Source of the DNA: Mobula birostris
Lineage: Eukaryota
Direction of reading: 5' to 3'
DNA length: 64,000 nucleotides
Assembly: GCF_030028105.1 (NCBI RefSeq)
Contig: NC_092383.1
Location: forward strand, 97,983,604 to 98,047,603
Shown here piece by piece: positions 12,416-25,230 of the stretch. The notes beneath the pieces are model-generated. The model had not been told where the DNA came from. It saw only the letters and a list, made by a program, of their open reading frames with translations, and did not search any database. The translations under genes and the position numbers were made by a program. How positions within the stretch are numbered: position 1 is the stretch's first letter; every line of letters begins with the position of its first letter.

Positions 12416-13358
12416 GTGAAGGGGTCCGGGGAAGAGGGTGTATTCGCAGGACACCCTTCCTCCGGTCTGTGGGCGCACCCGTTCCTCTCAGACCGGGCCT
12501 TCCCCACAATCCCTCCACCCCCACCCCGTCTGTTAGATTCTTCATCTGTCAACAGGGGGAAAATAACTGGGCGAAGGCTGGGGAATAATAAAATAACGGA
12601 GGAATTAAACTAATATTGTTATGCCCATGTTAGTGGGAGACGTAGCCGAGAACCGCACATATTATTGGGAAGGGGGGTGTTGCCTTTTTAGAAACACAAT
12701 GCGTATTACTGTACAGTAATTTTCCTTACTGTAGTGTTGCAGCTCCTGTGTATACTCAGGAAATGTGTGTTGAAGGAAAGACTATTGGCTTGTTTACTGT
12801 GTTACGCAGGACAGAGTTAAGGGAATCTACACAACAAGAGAAACACGAGAAAATTTGCAGATACTGGAGATTCAAAGCAGCACACAAAGTGCTGCCGGAA
12901 CTCAGCACCTATAGAAAAGAGTAAACAGTCGACGTTACGGGCCCAGCCCTTCATCGGTACTGCACAGAAGGGCAAAATTTAGAATAAGAAGGTGGGGTGA
13001 GGTGAAAGGTGAAACTGGAAGGGGAAGGGGAGCGGGTGTAGTGAGGAAGAGCTCGGAAGGTGATTGCTGAAAGAGATAAACGGCTGGAGAAGTTTGCAAT
13101 CTGATGATGATATACAGGTTGGAAGAGAAGGTGTGAGAGGGAAACAAGAATGGGGAGTAGTGAAGGAGAGGAGGAGTTGGCAATTATCGGAAGCTTGAGA
13201 AATCGATTTCATGCATCTGATACCCAGAATATCAAAATGTTGCTCCTCCGACCTGCGAGTGGCTTCATCCTTGGCAGTAGAGGCTACACTACAGAAAACG
13301 GGGGAACTGAAACTCCAGTTCTCATGTCGGAACGGATGACTAAGGTTTGAGTTCATAC

Positions 13359-15156
13359 ATAGAAACATAGAAAACCTACAGCATAATACAGGCCCTTCGA
13401 CCCACAAAGCTGTGCCAAACATGTCCTTACCTTAGAACTATCTAGGGTTACCCATACTCTGTTTTTCTAAGCTCCATGTATCCATCCAGGAGTCTCTTAA
13501 AAGACCCTATCGTTTCCATCTCCACCACCGCCGGCAGCCCATTCCACGCACTCACCACTCTCTGAGTAAAATCTTACCCCTGACATCTCCTCTGTACCTA
13601 CTTCCAAGCACCCTAAAACTATGCCCTCTCGTGCTAACCATCTCAGCCCTGGGAAAAAGCCTCTGACAATCCACACGATCAATGCCTCTCATTATCTTAT
13701 ACACCTCTATCAGGTCACCTCTCATCCTCCGTCACCCCAAGGAGAAAAGGCCAAATTCACTCAACCTATTCTCATAAGGCACGCTCCCCAATCCTGGCAA
13801 TATCCTTTTAAATCTCCCCTGCACCCTTTCTATGGTTTCCACATCTTTCCTGTAGTGAGGCAACCAGAACTGAGCACAGTACTCCAAGTGGAGTCGAACC
13901 AAGTTCCTATATAGCTGCAACATTACCTCTCTGCTCTTAAACTCAATCCCACAGTTGATGAAGGCCAATGCACCGTATGCCTTCTTAACCACAGAGTCAA
14001 CCTGCGCAGCAACTGTGAGTGTCCTATGGACTCGGACCACAAGATCCCTCTGATCCTCCACACTGCCAAGAGTTTTGTCATTTAATGCTATATTCTGCCA
14101 TCATATTTGACCCACCGAAATGAACCACCTCACACTTATCTAGGTTGAACTGCATCTGCCATTTCTCAGGCCAGTTTTGCATCCTATCAATGTCCCGTTG
14201 TAACCTCTGATAGCCTTCCACACTATCCACAACACCCCCAATCTTTGTGTCATCAGCAAATTTACTAACCTATCCCCCCACTTCTTCATCCAGGTAATTT
14301 ATAAAAGTAAGAAAGAGTAAGGGTCCCAGAACAGATCCCTGAGGCACACCACTGATGACCGACCTCCATGCAGAACATGACCCGTCTCCAACCACTCTTT
14401 GCCTTCTGTGGGCAAGCCATTTCTGGATCCACAAAGCAATGTCCCCTTAGATCCCAAGCCTCCTTACTTTCTCAATAAGCCTTGCATAGGGTACCTTATC
14501 AAATGTCTCACTGAAATCCATGTACACTACATCTACTGCTCTACCTTCATCAATATGTTTGTCACATCCTCAAAAAATTATATCAGGCTCGTAAGGCATG
14601 ACCTGCCTTTGACAAAGCCATGCTGACTATTCCTAATCATATTATACCTCTCCAAATGTTCATAAATCCTGCCTCTCAGGATCTTCTCCATCAGCTTACC
14701 AACCACTGAAGTAAGATTCATTGGTCAAAAACCTTGAAACATAGAAACATAGAAAACCTACAGCACAATACAGGCCTTTCGGCCCACAAAGCTGTGTCGA
14801 ACATGTCCCGACCTTAGAGATTGCTAGGCTTATCCATAGCCCTCTAGTTTTCTAAGCTCCTTGTACCTATCCAAAACTCTCTTAAAAGACCCTATCGTTT
14901 CTGCCTCCACCACCGTTGCTGGCGGCCCAATCCACGCACTCACCACTCTTTGAGTAAAAAACTTCCCCGTGATATCTCCTCTGTACCTACTCCCCAGCAC
15001 CTTAAATCCCTGTGTCCTCTTGTGGCAACCATTTCAGCCCTGGGAAAAAGCCTTTGACTATCCATATGGTCAATGTCTCTCATCATCTGATACACCTCTT
15101 ATCAGGTCACCTCTCATCCTCCGTCACTCCAAGGAGAAAAGTCCGAGTTCACTCAA
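13359..15156 (-). mobile_element. Two adjacent CR1 3' fragments
   Basis: EDQRDLVVRVHRTL..KKAYGALAFI..HLEYCAQFW. Tails (catagaaa)n at 13359 and ~14737. Confidence 0.9.
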
Positions 15157-15605
15157 CCTGAACAAAGTATTTAAATTTCACAATAAATATAAAGAAATTT
15201 GGATAAAATATACTATCAACATTGCATCTAATGAAATGTGACAGCTAGATCATATTAAAGTGACAAGAAGTAAAATTCAACGTTTGCCTGACCGAAAGAG
15301 GAAATCTGGATGGACTTTTGCAGGCAGCGGTCTTAGTACGGTTGAAGAAACATATACGTGTTGAGTTGGAAAATTGAATATGTAAGTTAACAGAGGAAAT
15401 GGAAAAGTTCACTGAAGAAGTGTAGAAAGAAAACAATGATAAAATACAAAATCAATATGGGGAGAAAGTAAAATGTCTAAAGACCAAGTCTTTGCATTAA
15501 CTGAAGTGAACCGACTGAAAAAAAAGTAGGTACAGTAATAAAAGCAACACACATCAAAGTTGCTGGTGAACGCAGCAGGCCAGGCAGCATCTCTAGGAAG
15601 AGGTG

Positions 15606-15643
15606 CAGTCGACGTTTCAGGCCGAGACCCTTCGTCAGGACTA
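15606..15643 (-). ncRNA. Minimal type I hammerhead ribozyme (Penelope-type)
   Basis: Reverse complement reads tagtc-CTGACGA-agg gtctcgg cct-GAAA-CGTC-gactg. Confidence 0.75.
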
Positions 15644-16283
15644 ACTGAAGGAAGAGTGAGTAAGAGATTTGAAAGTGGGAGGGGGAGGGAGAGATCCAAA
15701 ATGATAGGAGAAGACAGGAAGGGGAGGGATGGAGCCAAGAGCTGGACAGGTGATAGGCAAAAGGGATATGAGAGGATCATGGGACAGGAGGTCCGGGAAG
15801 AAAGACAAGGGGGGGGGAGGTGAACCCAGAGGATGGGAAAGGGGTATATTCAGAGGGATAGAGGGAGAAAAAGGAGAGTGAGAGAAAGAATGTGTGTATA
15901 AAAATAAGTAACAGATGGGGTACGAGGGGGAGGTGGGGCATTAGCGGAAGTTAGAGAAGTCGATGTTCATGCCAACTTCCGCTAATGCCCCACCTCCCCC
16001 TCGTACCCCATCTGTTACTTATTTTTATACACACATTCTTTCTCTCACTCTCCTTTTTCTCCCTCTGTCCCTCTGACTATACCCCTTGCCCATCCTCTGG
16101 GTTCCCCTCCCCCCGCACCCCGTCTTCTTCCCGGACCTCCTGTCCCATGATCTTCTCGTATCCCTTTTGCCAATCACCTGTCCAACTCTTGGCTCCATCC
16201 CTCCCCCTCCTGTCTTCTCCTATCATTTTGGATCCCCCCCTCCTCCTCCCACTTTCAAATCTCTTATTCACTCTTCCTTCAGT

Positions 16284-16321
16284 TAGTCCTGACGAAGGGT
16301 CTCGGCCTGAAACGTCGACTG
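16284..16321 (+). ncRNA. Minimal type I hammerhead ribozyme (Penelope-type)
   Basis: tagtc/gactg stem I, CTGACGA core, AGG/CCT stem II, GAAA, palindromic ACGT stem III, GUC cleavage triplet. Confidence 0.75.
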
Positions 16322-17038
16322 CACCTCTTCCTAGAGATGCTGCCTGGCTTGCTGCGTTCACCAGCAACTTTGATGTGTGTTGCTTGAATTTACAGCATCT
16401 GCAGAATTCCTGTTGGTTATGTACAGTAATAAGTTTAATTGAATTAAAGTACATTTCATGGAGATTCAAGATATGTGAAGCATTAGCAGAAAACTGAACA
16501 GCGCCCTCTAGTGGTGGTGCTGCCAGTGACGCTCTCCTTGGGAAACACCCCTCTATGGGACAATCCTCCAATACAGCGCCACCATCCAAACTCCGTGCAA
16601 TTACTGATGGACACAACATTGTCTCTCAGCGAGCGCTGGCGACTCAGGTTAGGATGACAACAACGAATCAAAAGGTTTAACTTCCATGTCACGACTTGCC
16701 CCAATAAAGACCAGGGATGTGGAGACTGAAGCTATGAATCTGAATCAGAATCAGGTTTAATAGCAACAGCATATGTCATAAAATTTGTTGTCTTTGCAGC
16801 AGCAGTACAATGCAATAGATAATAATAGAGAAAAAACTGTCAGTTACACTAACTAAATAGTTAAAGTAAATAAGTATTGTAAAATAAATATACATAAACA
16901 GTTGCGAGGTAGTGAAGGTAGTGAGTATGAAAGGATACAGATGTTTTTTTCATCAACTGCCTGAACAGGAAAAGATTGATAAATGATTCAGGGAAGGGGC
17001 ACATCCGAAACAAGAGAGTTGGGCTGAATTTCAGCATA

Positions 17039-18230
17039 TTAAGTCATTATAATACCTAAATATCTAAAAGAGTCTCTGACTTTAAAAGGAGTATTATCAT
17101 ATATAGAGACAGAATCATTTAAAGGAAACAATTCACTTTTACGAAAATTTATTTTATATCCTGAAAAACCTCCAAATTCATTAAATAATTTTGGCAAGGC
17201 AGGAATAGATTCGTCACGGTTAGATATATAAACGAATAAATCAGCAGCGTAAAGAGAGATCTTATGCATGGTCTCATTCACATAAATCCCATGGATAATT
17301 TTAGCCTCACGAAGAGCAATAGCAAGGGGTTCTAATCAAGGGGATCTTTATAAAGCCAATTTTGTTCCTTTAGGAGACTCTATGAAGTATTTATTTAGTA
17401 GATGGAGTCCACTTACATTTTCACTTGTTGGTTGTATTCATATAGTTAAAATGATGATTTTACCAACATTTATATTTATTTGAGAATATTCCTGTGTTTT
17501 TTGACTAGGAAGTTTTTTGATTGGATTGATTCTATTATTTTATCTTTTATTTGGAATAATAAAAGACCAAGAATTAGTAAATATCACTTACAAAAATTGA
17601 AAAAGGATGGAGGTCTTGCTTTGCCTAATGTAAGAATGTATTATTGGGCTGTTAATATGCAATACATGTCTTTTTGGTTATACTGGGTTGATAATTGTGA
17701 TCGGCCAGTTTGGGTAGACCTGGAAATGAAAGTTGTAAAACAGTTTTATTTAACCTCGTTATTGGGAGCTGCTTTACCTGTGCAATTAGTTAAAGTTGTT
17801 AATTTAAACCTATATCCTGTGATTAAGTATTCTTTACAAATTTGGCTCCAGTTCTGCAATTTTTTAAATCTTAAAAAATTTAAACTTTGTGGTTTAATTT
17901 ATCAAAATTACTTTTTAAGCCTTCTTTGAGTGATCCAATTTTTTTACTTTGGAAAAATAAAGGTATTAATTCTTTTTTGGATTTATTTAAAGAAGATAGA
18001 TTGATGTCTTTTGAATAATTAATTGATAAATATTCTCTTTCATACTCACACTTTCTGTAATACCTTCAAGTTAGACATTTTTTACAAAAGTAGTTGTAAT
18101 TTTCCCTACATATTGGAGGCTGACCTGTTAGATACTATTATGTGTATGAATCCTTCGATCAAAGGTTCTATTGGAAGAATTTATAATTTATTATTACAAT
18201 GGGAGAAGCGTCCTTTATCTAATATTTCCA
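17039..18230 (+). mobile_element. L1-clade LINE ORF2 fragment with inverted 5' segment (17039-17340 minus, 17341-18230 plus)
   Basis: Minus: IEPLAIALRE..HKISLYAAD..SGYKINFRKSE..YLGI. Plus continues: DLYKANF..SFIWNNKRPRI..DGGLALPN..YYWA. Confidence 0.85.
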
Positions 18231-18805
18231 TCTCTCTGTAATCCCCTCCGGCCGCTGCACTCACCCATCTCTCGGTAATACGCTGTGGCCCCTACGCCCG
18301 TCCCGTCTCTGTGAAACCCCTTCTGGCCCCTATACCTATCCATCTCTCTGTAACCCCCTTCAACCCTAACATTCATTCATTTCTCAGTAACCCCACTTTG
18401 GCCCAGACAGCACAGTCCTTCCATCAATCGATCTCTCTGTAACACCCTCTGGCTCCTATACCTATCCATATCTCTGTAACCCCTCCAGACCCTACACCCA
18501 CTCATCTCTCTGCAACCCCTTCCGGCCTCTACACCCATCCATCTCCCTGTACTGCCCTCCAGCCCCTACACCCATTATATTTATGTAATCCCCTCCGGCC
18601 CCTATAAATATCCATCTCTCTGTAACTCCTCCAACCCTAACATTCATTCATTCATTTCTCAGTAAAAAAACCCCACAGGCCATCCATCCATCCATCCAAA
18701 TCTGTGTAGCACCCTCTGGCCCTGTACCCATCCATATCTTAGAAAACTTGCTGCAGCCCAACAACAGCCAACAGCAGAATGGTTTGGGGAAATACTGTAT
18801 TGGAG

Positions 18806-18811
18806 TTTATT
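18806..18811 (-). terminator. Candidate polyadenylation signal AATAAA, gene half B
   Basis: tttatt on the plus strand, orthologous to 11202-11207. Confidence 0.4.
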
Positions 18812-19359
18812 ATAAAGCAGACAATCTCACTTAGTAAATATAAAGCAATTGTACAAGCTGGAAATCTCTAGCAAAATCAGGAACTGCTGGAAGCCTGAGG
18901 CAGGTCAGGCAGCATCTGTGGAGAGAGACGTGTGTGACCTGAAACATTAACTCTCCACAGATACTGGCCAATCCACTAAATCCGACAATGCACAGTTAAA
19001 AAATATGCCCTCTGCCCAATACCCCATCAGCAGGCTCTCTGGCTGAAAGCGTGAACTGGTTCATGTTGGCAGGGAGTGCACAATATTAACAATAAACCAC
19101 TTGCAGTGTGTGGCCGTCCACAGCCCCAGAATCATGGGAGGGGCTTCACAGGACCGCTCACAACATCCGACATCCTGGGTTTTGCACAGACTCCACCCTC
19201 GGCTCCAACCTCTGGGACTGTCCTTCAGGATGTCAATGGTTAATCGGGCAATGAGAATTGGAAGGGATGTCCCGGGAGGGATTGTGGGATGGGGAACAGG
19301 AAGTTACAGTGTGGGGGCCGCAGTACATTGTGAAGCTCAGTGTGACTGATCAGCTGGGG

Positions 19360-20660
19360 CTAACAAGTTTATCAAAGGGAAAACAGCTAACTGAAGGTGT
19401 TATATTTGAATGCACGCTGCATGCAAAATAAGATAGACGGTCTTGTAGCACAGTTAGAGATGACAGGTATGATGTTGTTGGCATCACTGAGTCATAACTG
19501 AAAGTTATTGTTGGGAGGTTAATATCCATGAATACACATTGTATTGAAATGACAGGCAGGTAGGCAGAGGGTGAAGCACAGCCTGTTGATAAAAAATAAA
19601 TCATATCCTTGAAAAGAGGTGACATGGGATTGGAAGATCATTGGATAATTAGAAAGAGACAAGAAGTATGAATACAGTGAACATTTTTGATTGGCTGCTG
19701 CTGGCAAATTGTGTTCCAACAGGTAGCGATGTTGGGACTTATTCTTTTAACGTTGCGTATCAATGATTTCGATGATGGAATTGATGGCTTTGTGGGCAAG
19801 TTTGTGGATGATATGAAGGTAGTTAGAGGGGCAAATAGTGTTGCAGAGGCAGAGAGGCTGCAGAAAGATTTGGACAGATGAGGAGACTGGGCAAAGAAGT
19901 GCCAGATGAAACATTGTGTTGGGAACTAAGTGGTCATACACTTTGGGAGGAGGAATAAAACGGTAGACTATTTTCTAAACGGGGAGAAAATTCGTAAATG
20001 CAAAGTGCAAAGGGAATACAACCACAAACAAGAGTAACTCTGCAGATGCTGGTGATCGAAGGAACTCATCTATGGAAACGAGTACAATTGATGTTTCAGG
20101 CCAAAACCCTAGAGACATGTGATTCCTTGTGCAGGATTCTCTAAAGGCACTTCTCTAAGAAAAGATGTGCTGACATTGGAGAGGGTTCAGAGGAGGTTCA
20201 GAAAATGTTTCTGGACTTGAGAGTCTGATCATATGAGCAGCATTTGATAGCTCTGGAACAGTACTCACTGAAATTTAGAAGAATGAGGGAGGACCTCATT
20301 CTAACCTATTGAATGTTGAAAGTACTAGATAGACTGGATGTGGAGAGGATGTTTCTGATTGTGGGAGAGTACAGGACTAGAGGTCACAATGTCAGAATAG
20401 AGAGATGTCTATTTGAAAAGGAGATGAGGAGGAATTTCTTTAGCCAGAGGGTATTCCTTCTGTGGAATTTGTTACCATTGATGGCTTTGGAGGCCAGATC
20501 ATTGAGTGTATTTAAGGCTGAGGTTGATAAGTCTGGGCATGAAAGATTATGTGGTGAAGGCAGAAGAATGGGATTGAGAGGGAAATGGACCAGCCTTGAT
20601 CAAATATTGGAGCTGCTTGATGGGCTGAATAGCCTGATTCTGCACCAATGTCTTGTGGTC
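19360..20660 (+). mobile_element. CR1 RT fragment (arm B copy)
   Basis: ORFs 19687-19881 and 20313-20663 with CR1 RT and 3' motifs. Confidence 0.88.
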
Positions 20661-21178
20661 TGAATGACTTTACCCAGGTAGGTTAGGAGAAGAGTAAAAA
20701 GGTGAGAACATGAACAGAGCATTCTGTGATGACAGAGTGTGGGGACTACCTGGGGATGTGTGGGGATGCTGGGGAATGAAGTAGGCACAGGATTTCGAGT
20801 GGGGACACAGTAGAGGATACTGACAGAGGACAAGAAAGTTGTAGATTCTGAGGATAAGAGTCAGGAGGAAAGGTGGGCAGTGTTAGATCTGAGCAGCAGG
20901 GAGGAAAAGGAGGGAGAGTCAGGTGGACGAGTAGTGGACATGGGCCTGTGTGCAGTAGAAAGGATCCCAGATCCAGGAGTGGGGTTATTAGAACCCACAG
21001 TATATAAGGCAATTTGGAATTGTTGAACAAATGCAGGGGTTGCAGTAAAGGGGAGGACCACCCCCTACACACACCCTCTGTGCTTGCGGGGCCAGGAGGG
21101 TGTGGGCAACTTTTCCCAGTGATTGGGTTTGGAGAGGTACTTGCTGTCCTGATGGAGGGGGTATCTGTGAGCTGGGTT

Positions 21179-21243
21179 CTATTCCGGGGCATTAGTTGCA
21201 GGCTCCTTCTTTTGATCTTCCAAAGGCTGGGTCTCCACTTGGC
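21179..21243 (-). CDS. Terminal cytoplasmic exon of gene half B (GQVETQPLEDQKKEPATNAPE*)
   Basis: Acceptor ctctgctctctatcccacag, phase 1, TAG at 21181-21179. Probably not translated if the upstream TAA is used. Confidence 0.55.
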
Positions 21244-22139
21244 CTGTGGGATAGAGAGCAGAGTTGAGGGCTTCCAGTCGTGATACTGATACCTGGCCTT
21301 CCCTCCACAGAATCTCCCAGTGACCCTCAACCTAAGATATGCTCATCTGGTCCCTACACATCCTCTGCAATGTCACCTCGACTGCCACAAATCACAACAC
21401 CCCGACTCCCTTCCTCATTCCCATCTCCACTGACATGTCCCATAAACCTCACTTTAGTTGCTCTGCTTCTATCTCTCACACTGGTCAATATCCCGCAAAA
21501 CATCACACCCACACAAGTCGAAGTCTCCCCACCACATCTCACAATTGGGTGTGTGAAGGACAGTAAATCCTGGTGAGTGGGTGTGTAGGGAACACTGTAC
21601 ACCAGTAACCAGTTATGAGGGGTACAGGGTACTCCAGTAACCACATGTATGGGAACAGTGTAACCCAGTGACTGGGTATGGGGACACTGTGACCCAGCGA
21701 CGGGGTGTGTGGGGACACTGTGACCCAGCGACGGGGTGTGTGGGGGACAGTGTACCCCAGTGACTGGAAATGTGTGGGGGACAGTGTACTCCAGTGACCA
21801 TGAGTGTGTGAGGTCAGTGTACCCCAGTGACTGGGAGTGTGTGGGGCCTGTGTACTCCAGTGACTGGGTGAGTGTAGGACAGAGTACCCAGTGACTGGGT
21901 GAGTGTAGGACAGAGTACCCAGTGACTGGATGTGTGTAGGACAGAGTACACCAGTGACTGGATGTGTGGGGATAATGAATCCCAGTGACTGTGTATTGGG
22001 GGGTACTCCAGTGACTAGGTGGGTGGGGGACAGTGTAACCCCAGTGACTGGGTGCGTGATGGGTTTAGCACCAGTTATATACCCAAATCGGGGTGAAAAG
22101 GAACAGGAAATGGGGTGTGCAAGATCGAGGAGTGTGGTC

Positions 22140-24540
22140 AGCACAATTTACTGCAGATCCATAAGACCATAAAATATAAGAGGAAATTTAAGACATTTAG
22201 CCCTTTGAGCCTGTTCCATCATTTATTTGTGGTTGGTTCCTTATGCAGCCCCATTCTCCTGCCTTTTCTCTGTAACCCTGAACTACTCTACCAATTGAAA
22301 ACCTTTTAATCTCATCCTTAAATTCCAGATTCCTGGCCTCTGGCTGAAAAAAAATTCCTTCTCACCTCAGTTCCAAAAGCACATCTCTTTATTCTGAGTC
22401 TGTGCCCTTGTGTCCTGGACTCTCCCACTGACAAACATCCTCTGCACCTTCATGTCATCCAGGCATTTCAGTACCTGTTATGATTTAGTGAATCCTTTCC
22501 ATCACCCTTCTGAGGTCCATCCTTTTCAGGCCCAAAGCTGCCAAGCACTCCTCATACATGAAGACTTCCACTCCTGTAATTATTCTTGTGAATATTATCT
22601 GGACCCTCTCCAGAGGCAGCACATATTTCCTTAGATACAGTACCCAAATTGTTCACAATATTCCATATGGGGTCTAAGCAACTCCTTACAAAGCCTCAGC
22701 AGTTCGTTCTTGCTATTATATCCACACCCTTCCAAACTAAATACTAACAATGTAGTTCCCTTCCTTAATACTGACTCAACGCAAATTGTCGGTCCATTTC
22801 GTTCCAGGCTACAATTTTATTCCTCCTCTCAGAGTGCATAAACCCTCATTTCTAAAAATTGTCTTCTTTGACTATTCTCCCAACCTCTCCAAGTCCTGCA
22901 GCAGACTCGACTCTGTGCCTCAGTGACACCAACTGTACCTCCGGGCTATCTTGATCCTGATATATCCACAATGCCATCTGCTCCTTCATCGAGACCATTC
23001 ATGTGTAATGTGAAAAGGTGCCGTCCCAGCCCAGAACCCTTTGATACTCCATTGGTCTGTGGCAGGTGTTCAAAAAAGAGCATTTATATCCCCACTCTCT
23101 CTAACTTCTGCCAGTCAGACAATCTTCTATCCATGCTGTACCTTACCCACGATGCCATGGGCTCTTCAAAACATAAGAACATAAGAAATAGGAGCAGGAG
23201 TAGGCCATCCAGCCCATCGAGCCTGCCCCACCATTCAATAAGATCATGGCTGATCTGTTTGTAAACTCATCTCCATCTACCTGCCTTTTCCCCATAACCC
23301 TTAATTCCCTTACTGTGTAAAAACCTATCTAACTGTTTCTTAAATATATCTTGTGAGGAAGCCTCAACTGCTTCCCTGGGCAGACAATTCCACAGATTCA
23401 CCACTCCCTGGGAAAAACAGTTTCTCCTCATCTCCATCCTAAATTTTCTCCCCTGAATCTTGAGGCAATGTCCCCTAATTCTCGTCTCACCAACCAATGG
23501 AAACAACTTTCCTACTTCTATCTTATCTATTGTTTTCAAAATTTTGTATTATCTTGTTTAATAGCCTCATGAGTGTAACTTTGTCAGATACCTTGTGAAA
23601 GTACTTGTAAATTGCTGGAGCTTACTCTCTTTTCTCTAGCTGGCCTGTTACGTTCTCAAATAATTAGAACAAAATTGTGCGAACTTCACCCTGTTTTATC
23701 GCCTGCTTCCAAGTATCCCGAAATTTCATCTGATATAATCTATTTTAAAACCTTCCCAATTGCCAAGGTCAAGCTAACTGTCTACTAGGGTTCAGGTGTT
23801 ATTCAACCCTATTGTACAGTTCATCCTTCCCCAGAGCAGATCCCAATGATCCAGAAATCTGAAGAGGTGATGATAGGAGCTACAGTGGAGGTAGTAACCC
23901 CCAAGTTGCAGGAGGCAGGTAAGTGGGTGACTGTCAGAAGACAGGGAAATGTGCAGCCAGTACAAAGTACCCCTGTGGCCATTCCCCTCAATAATGATGA
24001 TACCTTGTTGGATGCTGTTGAGGGGGATGACCTACCGGAGTGGGGGGAAGGGGTGACAGGGGAGGTACCACCATGACCAGGTCTCTAGACTCTGGAGCTA
24101 AGGCCCAGAAGGGAATGGAGGAGAAGACTGCAGTAGCAGTAGTGATCGGGGATTCCATAGTTAAAGAAGTGCACAAGTTATTCTGTGGACGTAATAGACA
24201 CCGGGATGATATGTTGATTCCCAGGTGCCATGGTCAGTGACATCTCAGATCGAGTCCATGGCATTCTAAAGGGAGAGGGTCAGCATCCAGAAGTCTTGGT
24301 ACAAAATAGGATCATTGGGCAGAGAACTGTGCACCTGAGAACTGGTGCAGGGGGCAGGGATCAGATTTCTGGATCAAAAAGATCTCTGCTGGGGAATCTA
24401 TGACCTGTTCCAAAGGGATGGGTTGCACCCGAATCCAAGGGGAACCAATATCCTTGCAGGCAGTTCGCTAGAGATGTTGAAATTTTCTTCTACATTACTG
24501 GATAATTTACCCTTGTATTTAATCTTTTTTGCCTTATTGG
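22140..24540. mobile_element. CR1 ORF2 (minus) and ORF1 (plus) fragments, arm B copies
   Basis: ORFs 23267-23539 and 24040-24240 are paralogous to the arm A CR1 pieces. Confidence 0.85.
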
Positions 24541-25230
24541 TTTTAAAATTGTTCTCCACTCAGTCTTAAAAGCTTCCTACTAAACTTCACCATATTGTAA
24601 GCCTCCTTTGCTTTGCTTTTATGCTGCACCTGAATCCTTGTCCTCTCCATAGAGTGAGGGTCCAACCCCACTGGGACTGTGGAACAAGAATGGAAGTTCC
24701 ACTGGGATGGAAACCCACTCCCAACCTCCTCACTCTGCATTGGGTGTGGGCTCCATTACCCAATAACTGGGTCTGTGGAGAGGTACTAGATGTCCAGGTG
24801 AAGGGAGTGGCTTGTGTTGCAGTCTTCCTCAGTGGCTACATGTGAGCCGGGGACACCCTCCTGCGATGCTGGCATCTGTGGTCTCTTTCAAGAGAGTCTG
24901 GGCTTGGTGTCTCACTTGGTGGGGGAGGGGGGATACCAGAACCCAGACTGATCCACTGTTCAGCCCTGATGTCCCCACCGAGTCAATGGGACAGAGTGCA
25001 GTCGCCAACTCCTTTCCCCCAACTCCTCTGCACATCCCTTTACCCAGTTCAAATCCTCCTCCAAAACCTCAGACTCTTGCCCCAGCCTGAACCTTATTCC
25101 TGAGGTGGGATCCCATGTCCTCAGGGTCGGAATGGGAGACACTTGCCTGCAGACCCAACCCCTCCTGCTGCTGTTCCTGGCCAGAGTTTCTGGTGCCGGG
25201 TTATTTTTTGGGGGTGGGGGAGACACCTAC

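Larger units (their letters stand above)
15542..16420. mobile_element. Penelope-like fold-back insertion (arms ~15542-15952 and ~15974-16385) with 12-bp target-site duplication
   Basis: Inverted arms of ~410 bp around a 21-nt loop. GTACAGTAATAA at 15530-15541 and 16421-16432. Absent from the paralogous site near 29890. Confidence 0.85.
12740..16660 (+). repeat. Segment Y, inverted paralog of 29660-30850 (this copy carries two extra insertions)
   Basis: gtgtatactcaggaaatg, gatgactaaggtttgagttcatac, aaagaccaagtc and cagcgccctctagtgg blocks match the reverse complement of 29660-30850. Confidence 0.85.

Noticed and set aside
11850-12545. 231-aa minus-strand ORF across the promoter
   Set aside because: GC-rich sequence has few stops, there are no recognisable motifs, and the plus-strand promoter and exon reading explains the region better.
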